A stretch of 62,141 nucleotides of DNA, the filler included. It is 12 parts of 12 records of this genome, joined end to end, with 100 filler letters (N's around TTAATTAATTAA, not from the genome) between each part and the next. Parts side by side here need not be neighbours in the genome. Positions count along the whole stretch, not along the records: positions 1 to 4,111 come from SRR15195285_2225; positions 4,212 to 8,069 come from SRR15195285_2227; positions 8,170 to 11,550 come from SRR15195285_2239; positions 11,651 to 17,410 come from SRR15195285_2240; 8 more parts are not named here. One strand, given 5' to 3'. The notes below the pieces were generated by a model. That model had not been told where the DNA came from. It worked only from the letters and a program-made list of their open reading frames with translations, and made no database searches. A program made the position numbers and the translations under genes. This document shows positions 1-11,928 of the stretch, piece by piece; position 1 is the first letter of the stretch, and the number at the start of each line of letters is the position of its first letter.

Positions 1-262
1 ATATATCAGCACTCCTCCGATTAGGGGATACACCGCGTACGTACTGATCATGCGTGCACGGGCCGGATTCCCGCGCGGCGGTCTGCACACGGCTGATGCC
101 GGCGGCGGCGCGGCGGAGCTCAGTGACCTCCGACGTGCGCTGATGATCGCCGAGTAGCATATCCAGCTCCTCTCTAGAGAGATCCACGGCAAATTTCTGA
201 CTAGGATTGACTACGTGCTACCACCTCAGTGACTACGGCACGCACTGGCAACGCAGAACGCG

Positions 263-1399
263 ATGAGTCGCCAGCAGCACGACACAGCATCAGCGCTTGT
301 GCCTGCACCAGTGGTTCCGCTAGTCCCTGACGCATCTCCCGTGCCTCTTCCAATGCCACCTAGAACGGACATCGCTCGAGCACGGTCAGAGGACGTGTCT
401 GACCAGGCAACACAGCTGGGGCCAGTAGCGGACACCAATCGTGCGGCTCAGCCTGAGGGGGCACCAAAGTTTACATTTCATGGAGAGGTGATTGTAGCTG
501 CTCAACTTGAGAGCGCTGCGGTGCGCATACAAAAGAAGTTTCGCCAACGAAGAATCCAGAAGGCGGCTGTCAGACAGGTAGAGGAGCGCTCTGCCAAAGA
601 GAAAAGCAAAAGGCAGCGGCGGAGCCGTCGGCGCTCTCTGTGCGTGGCATGTGCACTGCTTGTTATCGTTGGCCTGGCTGCGCTTGCGGTTCGCGTGGTT
701 GGCAGGTCTGAACTAGTACACCTGGCCACGTGTGGTAGCGACAGCGATGCAGGGTTCGCAGATGCATACGTGCTGGCAAACTGTACTGAGCGTTCACACT
801 GTGGCACGTACAGACGCGCGACGTCTCGCTGTGACTGCGTGCCTACTTACCGTATGAATGCCACGAACAGCGACGCTGCTCGTGTGCTATATCGTGGGTC
901 GAACGAAGATGATTCCTCGGTCTGGATAGTAGGTGAGGATGCTCGCGCCAATGACTGTGGACTCGCAGCCGCAGACTACACACTTGGGCTCAGTACAGGC
1001 GTGGGCTCTAGATTGCAAGCCTCGACCCTTTACTACCTCATGTCGGGCAATAGCCGAATTCGAGCCACTCCAGATGTCGGGTATGGTGGGTGGCGGGAGG
1101 TTAGCGCAGTCTTTGGCAATGTCCCGGCCTCGCCAGACTTCGCAGTGACCGCTAGCGACGGCGGTGACCTCTGTCGTGGCGTTGATTGTGGTGACGGTGG
1201 AAATTGCGCGACTGGCCAGTGTGTGTGCACGGGGCTGCATGTCGGTTCTCACTGTGCGGACGAATGTGCCTGTAGTGGCAGGGGAGAGCAGACAGCATTG
1301 CAAGCAGCCAGAGCTACGGGCAGGTGTGCCGATGGCAGCTGCACGTGTAGTGCAGGCTCCACTGGACTGTTTTGCGAGCTGGAGGACGCTGGGAGGTAA
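263..1399 (+). CDS. Type II membrane protein: IQ-like motif, one TM helix, C-terminal EGF-like repeats
   Basis: 378-aa ATG ORF. AAVRIQKKFRQRR is IQ-like. A basic stretch precedes hydrophobic SLCVACALLVIVGLAALAV. The C-terminus has EGF spacing (CGDGGNCATGQCVCTGLHVGSHC; CSGRG...GSCTCSAGSTGLFC). Confidence 0.75.
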   Translation: MSRQQHDTASALVPAPVVPLVPDASPVPLPMPPRTDIARARSEDVSDQATQLGPVADTNRAAQPEGAPKFTFHGEVIVAAQLESAAVRIQKKFRQRRIQKAAVRQVEERSAKEKSKRQRRSRRRSLCVACALLVIVGLAALAVRVVGRSELVHLATCGSDSDAGFADAYVLANCTERSHCGTYRRATSRCDCVPTYRMNATNSDAARVLYRGSNEDDSSVWIVGEDARANDCGLAAADYTLGLSTGVGSRLQASTLYYLMSGNSRIRATPDVGYGGWREVSAVFGNVPASPDFAVTASDGGDLCRGVDCGDGGNCATGQCVCTGLHVGSHCADECACSGRGEQTALQAARATGRCADGSCTCSAGSTGLFCELEDAGR

Positions 1400-2493
1400 A
1401 ATAAAATATCTGTCACTTTTATCACTACTACTGGTTGCGAGAACAACCTGCATTGTACTCACTTTGGAGCACCAATTGACATACGACCGTGCTTCTGAAA
1501 CACCCCATACCAGTTGAGGCCCCCACTCACAAGCCCATCGATACCAGCGGCAGTGGTCCCAGCTGCGGCAGATTTGCTCTTCTGAGCATTACTCTTGCTG
1601 TTGCTCAAATTGTCTTTGTGACCGGGTCTACCCGGGCTGTCATGGTGATCTGTGTCTGCACGTGTGTCCACGTCGTTCTGTGGTGGTGTAGCGGTCGCGC
1701 TTGCCGTGATTTTAGCGATGTGATTGTCGGCAACTCCTTTGGATTCTACTCGTAGCCACTGTGGTATTCCTTTTTCCTTGCGGCGCGATATCTTGGGAGC
1801 TAACCACTGTGTCGCCCCTGTCAGCCGGTTGGCGTAGAAAAATTTTCCAGAGTCCTGTGTAATCCATCAAGGAGCATCAATTGTACGGCATTAGTTGCAA
1901 CTGCCATCAGCTCTCGAGAATAACTCTGAACAGAAAAACTCCGACCTGCACGTGCAGCAACGCGCGCACTTGTGGGTGGCCTGAAGCGCACCGAATCGAC
2001 CTGACGTTCCCACGCTAGATCACGCAGCTCACAGCAGGTCGTGCACGCACAGATCGCTTTGTTGTGCCTTTCCACCTCGACTTTTGCCAGTCGAGCTTCT
2101 TTGAGCTTTTTTTGCCGAGCGACTTCTTCCTGTTGTGCGGAAACCCTCCAAATGTGAGACGAGAGACCATCCTACAGGATGGTTGCGCAACTGCTAACGG
2201 CGAGCTAACATGAACAGTGGGTGCTAAACGAAAATGGCGCAGTGGAGTGCCTTGCACGCACGGCAAGAAATGACTGCATCGCAACCAATGCAGTGCCATA
2301 CCGTCGTCGCTTCTGTAGCTCGAGCACTGTGTCTGCGCCACCACTGACGCTGAGGCTTGGCGGGACGTTCTTTCCAGTGAATCGACCATCCTGGATTGCT
2401 TGCAGCTGTTTCTCTGCCGATTTACTGTCCAGGAAGTGATCGCGCACGACATGAAAGTCAGGCTAGAATCAATTGCGCTCAGGCGTAGGCATG

Positions 2494-3903
2494 CTAGCGC
2501 TCCTGTCTCCACAGCGATCCCGCGGACATAATGATCCTAAAAACGAACGCGGGCACGCACTCATCTAGCTCATCCCGTAACTCTTCAATCACACCGAGCG
2601 GTGCTGCCTCATAAACCTCCCGAGCGCGACGCTTTGCTGCTACCTCTGCTGGCTCCTTGCCGAGCGAAGCCGTTGTCGACAATCGCATCGACTCAGCTAG
2701 GCGGCGTCGGCGGCGTTGCCACCCTTGCCACTGCCTTGACAAAACGCCGATGTCAATTTCACCGGTGGCAAGCTGCTTTGCCTGCGGGCGATTGCGCCCA
2801 CATCCACCGTCTGCAACTCTCCTGCTCTTACCTTGCGCGCCGCGCCGTAGCCACCGTTGTTGCGGTCGCTCATCCTCATGTTCCTCACCAGCAGCTGCAA
2901 TCTGAATGGCCAGCTGCCTCGCCTGCTCATTGGAAATGCTGAGTCCACCACTACGGACGGCGGTGCCGAGCTGATTGCTTTGTAGTCGACCGCTGCTCGC
3001 CACGTCTTGTCGCCGTAGTAAGGCTGGGAGGTTTGCCTTCCGCTCCTCCATTTCTTCAAACAGCGTCGCAACTAGTGGCGGTAGTGAGGCTGCCGGTGGA
3101 TCTAGGTGGCCCGTGACCTTTCGAAGACCCGGTGTGTCCTGATCCGGCAAGCTCTCGCGTCGTCTAGGAGTCTCCGGCTCCGGCTCCGGCTCCAGCGCAC
3201 GTGCCAGTCCCTGCTTGGGGCTGATTACCTGCCGCTCGACTGAGCTCTTTGAAGCTTCCTCTTCCGGCGTTGAGAGCTGCATACGAGCCGTGTTACCGGA
3301 GAAGGCAGCCGCGACGATTTTTGCGATTTCTGTTTCGGGCTGGTCCATTCTGAGCCTTGCCTCTCCGCCACTGGCCACTGCGAACTCATCCTCCACCCGC
3401 TCGATGGCGAGTTCTACGTCGTCAATGCGCGATTTCAACAGCATTGCACTCCGCCAAGCGTCCGGATCGTCCGCAAGATCCTCCTCGCCGACCCGATGCG
3501 CCAACGCCCACGCCCGCTCTGCATCAGCGTCCAGCGCCGCGTGCTCCGCAAGAACGTGGTCGATTTCGGCCTGCACAGTGGCTCGCTGGCGAGAAGCAGC
3601 GACCGTCCGATGATCGAGAGCCTGCTCGAGCCGCTCAACCAACGTGGCGTGCAGCGCCACGGAGTGCTGCCCATATCGCACGTCCTCTACGAGCGCTGTA
3701 ATTCGCGCCGCCTCCTTGGTCAAACCCGCTGGGCTGGTGAGCGCTGCCAGTGTGCCGAGGCCCTCGTCAACGCTCTGAGAGGCGTGGCTGGCGCCGATTG
3801 CGGGGAGCTCCGACGAGGATGTCCCGAGATTGCGACTGGCGAGGCTGAGCTTCGTGGCGCAGTCTTCACAGAGCACTTCCCCGCGGACGGCGACCGCTGT
3901 CAT
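2494..3903 (-). CDS. Coiled-coil protein with a degenerate EF-hand-like segment; probably spliced further downstream
   Basis: 469-aa ATG ORF, rich in heptads, with a PEPEPE tract and LRRQDVASSGRLQSNQL (EF-like). A GTGCGT donor after ELDE (~2560) suggests more exons toward ~2000-2450, which I could not resolve. Confidence 0.6.
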   Translation of the reverse strand: MTAVAVRGEVLCEDCATKLSLASRNLGTSSSELPAIGASHASQSVDEGLGTLAALTSPAGLTKEAARITALVEDVRYGQHSVALHATLVERLEQALDHRTVAASRQRATVQAEIDHVLAEHAALDADAERAWALAHRVGEEDLADDPDAWRSAMLLKSRIDDVELAIERVEDEFAVASGGEARLRMDQPETEIAKIVAAAFSGNTARMQLSTPEEEASKSSVERQVISPKQGLARALEPEPEPETPRRRESLPDQDTPGLRKVTGHLDPPAASLPPLVATLFEEMEERKANLPALLRRQDVASSGRLQSNQLGTAVRSGGLSISNEQARQLAIQIAAAGEEHEDERPQQRWLRRGAQGKSRRVADGGCGRNRPQAKQLATGEIDIGVLSRQWQGWQRRRRRLAESMRLSTTASLGKEPAEVAAKRRAREVYEAAPLGVIEELRDELDECVPAFVFRIIMSAGSLWRQER

Positions 3904-4111
3904 ACCTCTTGCAAAATCGATGCGCTAGCACAGACCCGCCACGAGGGCGCCCCATACATCATCATTACACGTGTCGACGTGCGCTGACACCCATGGAAAG
4001 TTCCGTCGAGAAGTTCCTAAACGGGGCACTTGGCACCCTTACGTATACCCGGCGCGTTCCGCTTAGGGGTGCAGCACCGGAAAAAGCGGCGGAGTTATCC
4101 ATTCATGCATG

Positions 4112-4211
4112 NNNNNNNNNNNNNNNNNNNNNNNNNNNNNNNNNNNNNNNNNNNNTTAATTAATTAANNNNNNNNNNNNNNNNNNNNNNNNNNNNNNNNN
4201 NNNNNNNNNNN
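4112..4211. other. Artificial contig-join spacer (N44-TTAATTAATTAA-N44); first of 11
   Basis: Identical 100-bp spacers with six-frame stops at 4112-4211, 8070-8169, 11551-11650, 17411-17510, 21779-21878, 26980-27079, 31959-32058, 36293-36392, 42022-42121, 47030-47129 and 54988-55087. Confidence 0.98.
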
Positions 4212-4481
4212 CTGTAAGACTGCGTAGAGACAACTCAGCAGATGGTTCTGCCGCACTCGAGCAAGATAACCGACACGGCACAACCTCCAGTGGCCCAGAA
4301 GGCCAGCAAAGAAGGTGGCAACCCAAGGAAACCATGACATTTCAACACGTAGAGCCCACGACGGTGGCTTCTAGCACTTCTGTATGTTATTGCTCACGCC
4401 TGGGCAGTTGACTGAGTGCGAGGTGAATTTTGGGGATAACAACCTGCTAAGCTTAGCAGCATTTTATACGAGAAATGTAGC

Positions 4482-7400
4482 CTAGACAGGTGCCGTTTCT
4501 GGGGGGTCAAATCGCTTCCCTGCCGCCGCCAACTCCGCGTAGACTTTGTTTAGCGCCGCATCTTTGCCGTCCCACACGGACTCCAACACGGTCTGGTATA
4601 CCTCCTTGGGCATCCTGTCAGAATCTGTGCGTGCGCGAGTTATCAGCGCCTGGCCAAATGCCGTTTCAAAATCTTGCTCCGCCTCGAATTGGTCCATTTC
4701 ATAGTCATAGTCTGCATTTGACAGCAAGTTCTCTTGAACGGCACGCGAGAACGCCGTTGTGGACTCAGTCTTGTCCTTCACGTCCGCTGCAGTCTCACCG
4801 CGAAAAGTCACCACCGACCAAACCACAACTGCCAGCACGAGAAGAGCGTCGAAAACCAGAACGTGCGGACGCAGTAGGTGGGTATGATACGTGTGATTTG
4901 GCGAGATGCCCCCAGCAGTTGCGTACAGCCAGATCCCAACCAAACCCTTGATCACGATAGCCGCCGATGCGATGTAGAAGAATCCACCGAACTGGTTGAA
5001 CACTGGCGGGAACAGCAACAGCGTGTGCGATCAGGGTCAAAAGTGTGCTACCAACAAACAATTGACGAGGATGGACGGCGAAGGGGCGCAGCAGCAGTGA
5101 CAGTAAACGTACTGCTGTCGCTTATAAGCGGTGGCTTCTGGTAGCGGCGCAGCAAGCACCACTTCTCCACCCAAAACTTTAGCGTGAAACCAAAGGTGGC
5201 CACCCACAGCAGCAATGGGACGCCACTGCTATAGGCGAGCGTTACAACCAGCGAAAGCAGCATCTCGCCGTAGCTGGCAGCTAGGTTCCACTCCTTGGCG
5301 GATGACTTGTACGCCATATTCATCTGGTTCTGTGTAATCGCCCTGCCAGCTTTGATGCGGCCGATCAAGTTGAATACCGATGTCTTGGTAAAATGCACAC
5401 AGCCCGGCATGCAGAAGTTCACTGTCATCGTCTTGATCAGCGGAGACCCAACGGCCGCATACCATTTGGCGCACACATTTTCGTATTTCTCGCTCGGCAG
5501 CACACTCATGGCTGGGACGTCTGCGCGTAGAATCACGACCAGGACGCCAGTCATGCAGAGCTGAAGCAGAAACACTCGGAACGCAATGCTGCCCATGTCC
5601 TTGCCGATGTTGTGCAGACCCATTGCCGGCTGGGTGGCGACAATCACCTTTTTGATGATCACATTGATAGCTACGACAACAAATGTAGCAAGCAATTTAA
5701 ACTTCTTCAGATGGGCGCGGTACTCTCGGTAGCTATCGCAGTATTCGTCATCAACCGTAGGAGTGCATCCAGGCGCAGTCTCGTTGTAACCCGGCATGCC
5801 TGGCTTCGGATCCTCACACTCACATATGCACATGTAACAGATCGCATCTTTGTCCGCGAATTTGAAGATCGCTGCTTCGATGGCTGGAGATGTAACCCCA
5901 CCTACAGTAATCTCCGTCGGCTTTGCGTCAACGCGGTGACAGTTCTGATCACGCGCCGATTTCCACGTCACAGCATCATCATACTCACAGCAGCCCTCCA
6001 TGCTCTCGCCTTCGTTGACATCACACTGATAGTCCGCTGGGTACGTCCGCGGGCGCGTAGTGTCAGGAAGAACGGACACCGCTCGCGGGAACTGGCCATC
6101 CATGCCCACCTCGTCAATGAGATTGAGAAAAGCCTCGCTGTAGAACTGCTGGGCTTCTAAGCCTGCCTGGTCCAGCTCTGTCTCGCGCATGGTGAAGGGG
6201 TCGCAATAGCCAAGAGTCCCACTGGGCGCGGAGGCATCGACAGTCATTTCATCTCTGCAGCTGATCAGATAGTCCAGGTTGCCCTTCAGAATATCTGTGA
6301 TGACTACGCCAGCGAAGCCACAGGCTAGCACGACGATGGTGAGCACCAGGATTCCACAAGACCGCATCTTCTGTGCAGGCGGCTGTATGTGCAGTCGATC
6401 CCAAAACAGGGTCTCAGGCTCGGATGCCGCGCAGAGCACACATGCTTGATCATGAAACTCCATGCTGCCCTTCGTGTTTTCGATTGCAGCCTCCTTTTCT
6501 GCTATGGATTTGAAAGTTACCCAGGCCTCCACCGACTTGGCGCGGTTTGTGCGTTCTTGGTCCAGCTCCAAGTTCAACGTTTTGCACGTTTGGGCAGCCT
6601 TGTTTACATTCTTGAGTGTCTTGTCCGCCCACTCGTCATTGTGCGCTGTTGCGAGAGTCACCTCTAGAGCACGCATCGCTGCAACTTTCTTCTTCGACAA
6701 TTGGATGGTCTTGGCTTCGTCGTATGCGAGCCAGATAGCCGGTTTGCCGCTGCTACCTGGTAGTTCCGCGACAGCATCTGGTGTGCCCATCTTTTCTTCG
6801 ATACTCGCCTTGAGCTTCTCTTTGAACCTGTCTGCCTGCTTTTCGTCCTCATCTGACCGGTCGAACTGATGGTTGTCCAGTGCCAGCCAGCCTTCTGTTG
6901 GGCGGACACTGACAGTGTAGTCTGCCATGGTCAAACTGCTTTTATCCGAATTTTCAACTACCTCGGCTTGCATCCCCGGCCATTTCAGCACAAAGTCCAG
7001 CAACACAAAAAGAGACAGGCCGTCCAAAATCACGCGCACGAACATGTCGATCTGCGCGCCGTCATTTAGAGCCTCTGGGTCGGCATATACAGACCCAAGC
7101 GTGCTTCGTGCGCCGAAGGACTTATACTGCTTGGTCATGTCTGGTGCATCGTACATGTTGTCCTCGCCGTACAAGTTGGCCAGTAAGCTCGGCGTGTTGA
7201 GGACGGCAAGCTTCAGAAACAGATACGGCAGCTCGGACAGCAGCCTGAAGTAGAGCCGCACGCCTGTGCCACCGATGGTACCCAGCTCCTCCAGTGTCGT
7301 GTCCCACAGCGGCCAGGGCTCTATGTTTTCTGGGTCGATCGTCTCGTAGCCTCCAGCGAGCTCGAGCACTTCGCGCTTCTTGCTTTTCGTGTCGATTTCA

Positions 7401-7822
7401 GATTGGGCCATAAGACACTTCCTGTACGTGTCCCCTTTCGTAGCATCTGGCCCACCTGCCCACCAATCGATGCTCTCTGTCTTGTCCGGCACGGGCTGAC
7501 CCCCCTTGCCAATTTGCGTGGGTTTTACTCGCGATTTACGTTTCGGCGAGCGCCACTCATCAGACAGCTGCGCCCCCTCGCCCATAAGCGGCTGGTCCTC
7601 CGTTGTGGACAGGCGCGACGGAGAACCGCCAGCCATCCCCGCACTCAGCGCACCCGTCGGCTCGACGCCGACGTCCACCTTCGAGTCCCGCGACAGGGGC
7701 CCATAGTCTTTCTCCATCCTCCCGCCGCCGCCCGTCGGTGGGGTCCGTGGCGCCTCGCTACCGCTCTCGTTTGCCGCCACCGAAGCGTACCTCACCCCCT
7801 TCGACGCCCGCCTTCCGTACAC
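4482..7822 (-). CDS. OSCA/TMEM63 (CSC1-like) mechanosensitive cation channel; 5' end uncertain
   Basis: Motifs GTGVRLYF, LTMADYTVSV, ASEPETLFWD, YSSGVPLL and KFWVEKWCLLRRYQKPP, plus many TM helices. Intron 5003-5112 (GTACGT...CCGCCAG) joins the 924-aa and 178-aa ORFs as DS-MFNQFGG. Confidence 0.85.
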
Positions 7823-8034
7823 CTGCCATCATCCAGAAGGTGCGCGGGTGAGTGGGACGGCACCGGTTTTCGTCCAAAGCTAGAGGGGAGGAGCTCTACA
7901 GCTGAAGAAATACAGAGGAGGAGCTCCATCGTGCGGCGGTCTCAGAAGAAGAAACACCGACGGAGCCACGGAGGGAGTTAGCCTTCCCTTCATAGCTGAC
8001 AGCGCTGCTCAAGCTCGCCGATCTCTCTCATCGA

Positions 8035-8069
8035 AGACAGACAGACGGACGGACGGACGGACGGACGGA
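8035..8069. repeat. (GACA)n(GACG)n microsatellite at a contig end
   Basis: The tetranucleotide run abuts the spacer. Confidence 0.9.
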
Positions 8070-8458
8070 NNNNNNNNNNNNNNNNNNNNNNNNNNNNNNN
8101 NNNNNNNNNNNNNTTAATTAATTAANNNNNNNNNNNNNNNNNNNNNNNNNNNNNNNNNNNNNNNNNNNNACGCGAACAACCCACGAGTGGGGGCGCGGCA
8201 CCCGGACGCATTACAAAAAAACCTGGTTGCCGACATGTGTTACGTGCTGGTTGCCGGCCCCCGATGGGTATCCTGCCAGTGGCGGTCCCGCGTTACGGAC
8301 CCTCGGATTGACATTCAGCGGCATTGAAAACGCTTCATCCCCCGTGCTTGGCTCCCACAATGCTTGGTGAGGAGTTGTGTGCCAGTGTGTGCATTCTGCC
8401 TTACCGTAAATCACATTGTGATGACCAGGGGAAAGCTAGAGCCGTCCCGCTAAGCGAG

Positions 8459-11423
8459 ATGGCGACGGCGCCGACCAGCGCTCCAAGCTCCCGACCGGCG
8501 CAGCTGCCGCCACCACGGATGCTGTTGCTGGTAGTCGTGGGAGTGCTCGTCGCCGGGGTGCGTCCGGCCGTGGGCTGGCGCTGCAGCGGCTGCCCTGCGG
8601 ACCCGACCTGCAAAGGGCGCTGCCCGAAGTGTGACAGCTTGTGCGTCCACGGCAGCTGCGTCCACGACCAGTGCGCCTGTGCTGAAGGGTTCGCCACTCG
8701 TGGACACGGGTGCGTGACCTGCGCCTCCGGGACCACCGGCACATATCCGAACTGCAGCGGGAACCCACCGGCCCCGCCAGGTCCACCAGGTCCTGCGCCA
8801 AGCTGGCTGCCACGGTACGATGCCACGGGCGTCTACACAAATTCACTCTGGAAATCAGCGGAGAGCACGCCTTTCCGCTTCAACGGCAGGATGTACGTTA
8901 TGGAAAGCGTCGAAGGTGACGGGAACTTCTTCAATAAGACCACGCAGGGCGGCTCCTACTTTCGCATCACTGACCTGACCACGGGTATCGTGCTTCGAAA
9001 CGTCAGCGAGTCGATCGGCCACGCGTTCTTTTCAGCGGTAGTGGACGATGAACGTGGAGTCGTCTGGGTGTTCGGCGCTGCACACCACCGCGGCTGGGAC
9101 AACCTCGGTCCATGCGACGACAACTCCAAGACGGGGGGCTCGCCCGCGAAGGGCTGCTACGTTGGTGCCTGGAAGTCGAGCGACCTGACCAACTGGAGCA
9201 AGACATTCAAGACAGTGACTTTCCCCGACGGTAACTACACTCAAAACAATGATGTCACGTGGGTGCGACCGTCGTACTTTGACTGGGAGGCGCGGCACGG
9301 TCGCGCGCTACCGAGGCACCAGGCTGCAATGGCTCTGGAGGCTGAAGGCGGGAATTTTGGCGTTGCGATCAATATCGGAACCGACGGCGATCTGTCGCGC
9401 GCAGCGGAGTGGAAAATCGTGTCAAGCGTCCAGCGCATGCCGGAGCACGCCTGCCCAGCGTTCCGTTACGACCCGATGCATGGTGATTACTACCTCACGG
9501 GCGGAGGGGAGACGCAGGAGGGACCGTACCGTTCGAAGGACCTCCGATCGTGGACGAAAAGTCCTCTGTCACCGCTGACACAGAACTCGGTTACGCTCGC
9601 AAACGCGTACATGCGGAGTCTGGCAGATCGGGACGGAAAGATCAGTCCTTTTTACAAAGAGAAGTGGGCAGAACTGTCACCTGCTGAAACCGATCTGCAA
9701 AAATTGTTTCTCGCTAACATCTCAAAGTGGAGCTGGGGCCACTCGGACTTCGACTGGTGCTGTGATGACAACAAAGCTCCTACATACTTGCTCTACATGG
9801 TGACGCAGCAGGGCCACCCAGACGGATGGAACTCTCACACTCAGGGTTCATGGTTCCAGGCTATGGGAATGGCAAACACTACGATCATCGACTGGCTACG
9901 GGGCTACTTTCCGGAGGCACCACTGCCAGGACCGACACCACCGGGACCGTCACCGCGGCAATGGACGACTCAGGACAATTTCAACTACATCGCGGACAGG
10001 AGCTGGAACAAACCAGGCGCTGGGCCGTTTCCGTTGCTGGGGGCGGTCAAGACTGTGACCGCGTGCCAAACGCTCTGTGCAGCTGTTTCGAGCTGCCATG
10101 CGTACACGTATCTACTCCAGCCAATTGTTGCCATAAAATCCATATCTTTGCTTGTGATTGGGCCTAAACTGTGTACGCACTCCCAGGTACAACTCCATGG
10201 ATCACAAGTGCATTGGCCGTACGGACGGTCACTACACTGCAACACCAGCAAGTCGGTTCTTTTCCGGTCACGATCCTGCGGCCACGCCTCTACTACCACC
10301 AGGTACAGGGCCACGGTCTGTCTCTCCAGTGCCACCCTTCATCCCAGGAGTATGTGGCGCCGTCAAGCAACCGTGCAGCTCTGACAGCGACTGCCCGAGC
10401 GGCTGTGGCGACTGTCGTTGTTTCAACGCTAATGGTGCTGCGGCCGACAAGAATGCGTCCGTGTCATGCCCGATGTCCTATGGCGGACTCGTACACCAGG
10501 GCTTTTGCTCCAACGATACGACCTTCCATGCACCCGATTGCTGGGAGCACCCATGTGGTTCGTGTGGTGGGCCGCCGTTTCCAAATCAAGATTGGTCTAA
10601 AGGGAAGAAGCAGTACTTGATGATAGGCGACTCCGTCTCTCTCAAGATGTGGGACGCAGTTAATAATAGTCTGCTCAATTCGACCACAGATGTCGCGCCT
10701 TTTCACGTTCCGATCAACGCAGGTCCAGCAGGAGAGGGAGTGCGTTGCATCGCTGAGTGGCTGGGCGCCGATCCTGACCGGTGGGACGTAATCACCTATA
10801 ATTTTGGCATGTGGAACATCGGCCCGGACGACTGCAACCTTACACAGTCCAATTATGGGCGTTATGTGGATACCGCGCTGGAGACGTACATTGGTGGGCT
10901 GGCCAACATCACTGCAACCCTTATCCAGACACGTGCAGGTAAAACTGGCAAGATATTTTTCGTGAACACAAACCCGACCGCGGACGTGAAAGAGTGCTGC
11001 ACAAGCTCACCACACGAGCCACCTCTTGCCAAAGGAATGCTCGGCACGCACTCGTGTTATCAGCGGACGAACATCTACAATGAGGCCGCAGCGGCGCTCG
11101 TCACGCCACACAATATCTCGGTGATCGACATTTACGGGTGGGCAGTGAAGCGCTGTGGACCGCCTGAGACGTGGGGATATGGCTGCGATATCGTGCCGCA
11201 GCCCAACTGCAACATCCCGCAGCCTGGGCAGACCTGCCCAGAGGGGCAGTGCCACGATAAGCAAGCATACTGCAACTCGACGGACCACAACTGCTACAAT
11301 ATGACAAACTGTGACGCATGCCAGGTACACCCATCCTCTAGGCCGGGACCGACTGGCTTCATGAGCGGCGGCGACTACTTCTCAATACCAGTCGCGGAAG
11401 CTGTGAAGCAAGCACTTGCCTGA
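8459..11423 (+). CDS. Secreted modular protein: EGF-like + glycoside-hydrolase-like beta-propeller + PAN/Apple-like + SGNH hydrolase
   Basis: Signal peptide MLLLVVVGVLVAGVRPAVG (8519). Propeller repeats WKSSDLTNWS and YRSKDLRSW. Intron 10108-10186 restores the PAN-like CHAYT-YNSMDHKCIGRTDG. SGNH blocks MIGDSVS, NAGP, WDVITYNFGMWN and VHP. Confidence 0.8.
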
Positions 11424-11928
11424 CGTTGAATTTCGTCATCCGAGCTCTTAAGAAATGGACCTGACCGTAAATTGGGAGCGACGGTCGTTGAACGGAGCTA
11501 CGGGACACAATTAGGTATCGTGGTGACGCCGGCAACGAGGCGGCATATGCNNNNNNNNNNNNNNNNNNNNNNNNNNNNNNNNNNNNNNNNNNNNTTAATT
11601 AATTAANNNNNNNNNNNNNNNNNNNNNNNNNNNNNNNNNNNNNNNNNNNNCGTGCGCTAGCTACATGGTTGCATGAAACCGATCCTGGTCGGCGCGAGAG
11701 CTATGCTGAGTTCGCAGCTTCTGAGGCTTTCCAAGCGATGCGCCCAAGAGAGCATGTCGATCTGAGGCAGGTGTGGACCGGCGGCAGTGGCGAGCCTAGC
11801 CGTCTATAATAGCACATGCATGATGGGTCTCGTCCCGTGCTATCTTGTTTCATTGGTAAGCTGTACAGCAATTTGCTGTCCATGTCGAGTGTTGCACTCA
11901 ACCTGCCTTTCCTAGGAGCGAGGCTGGT

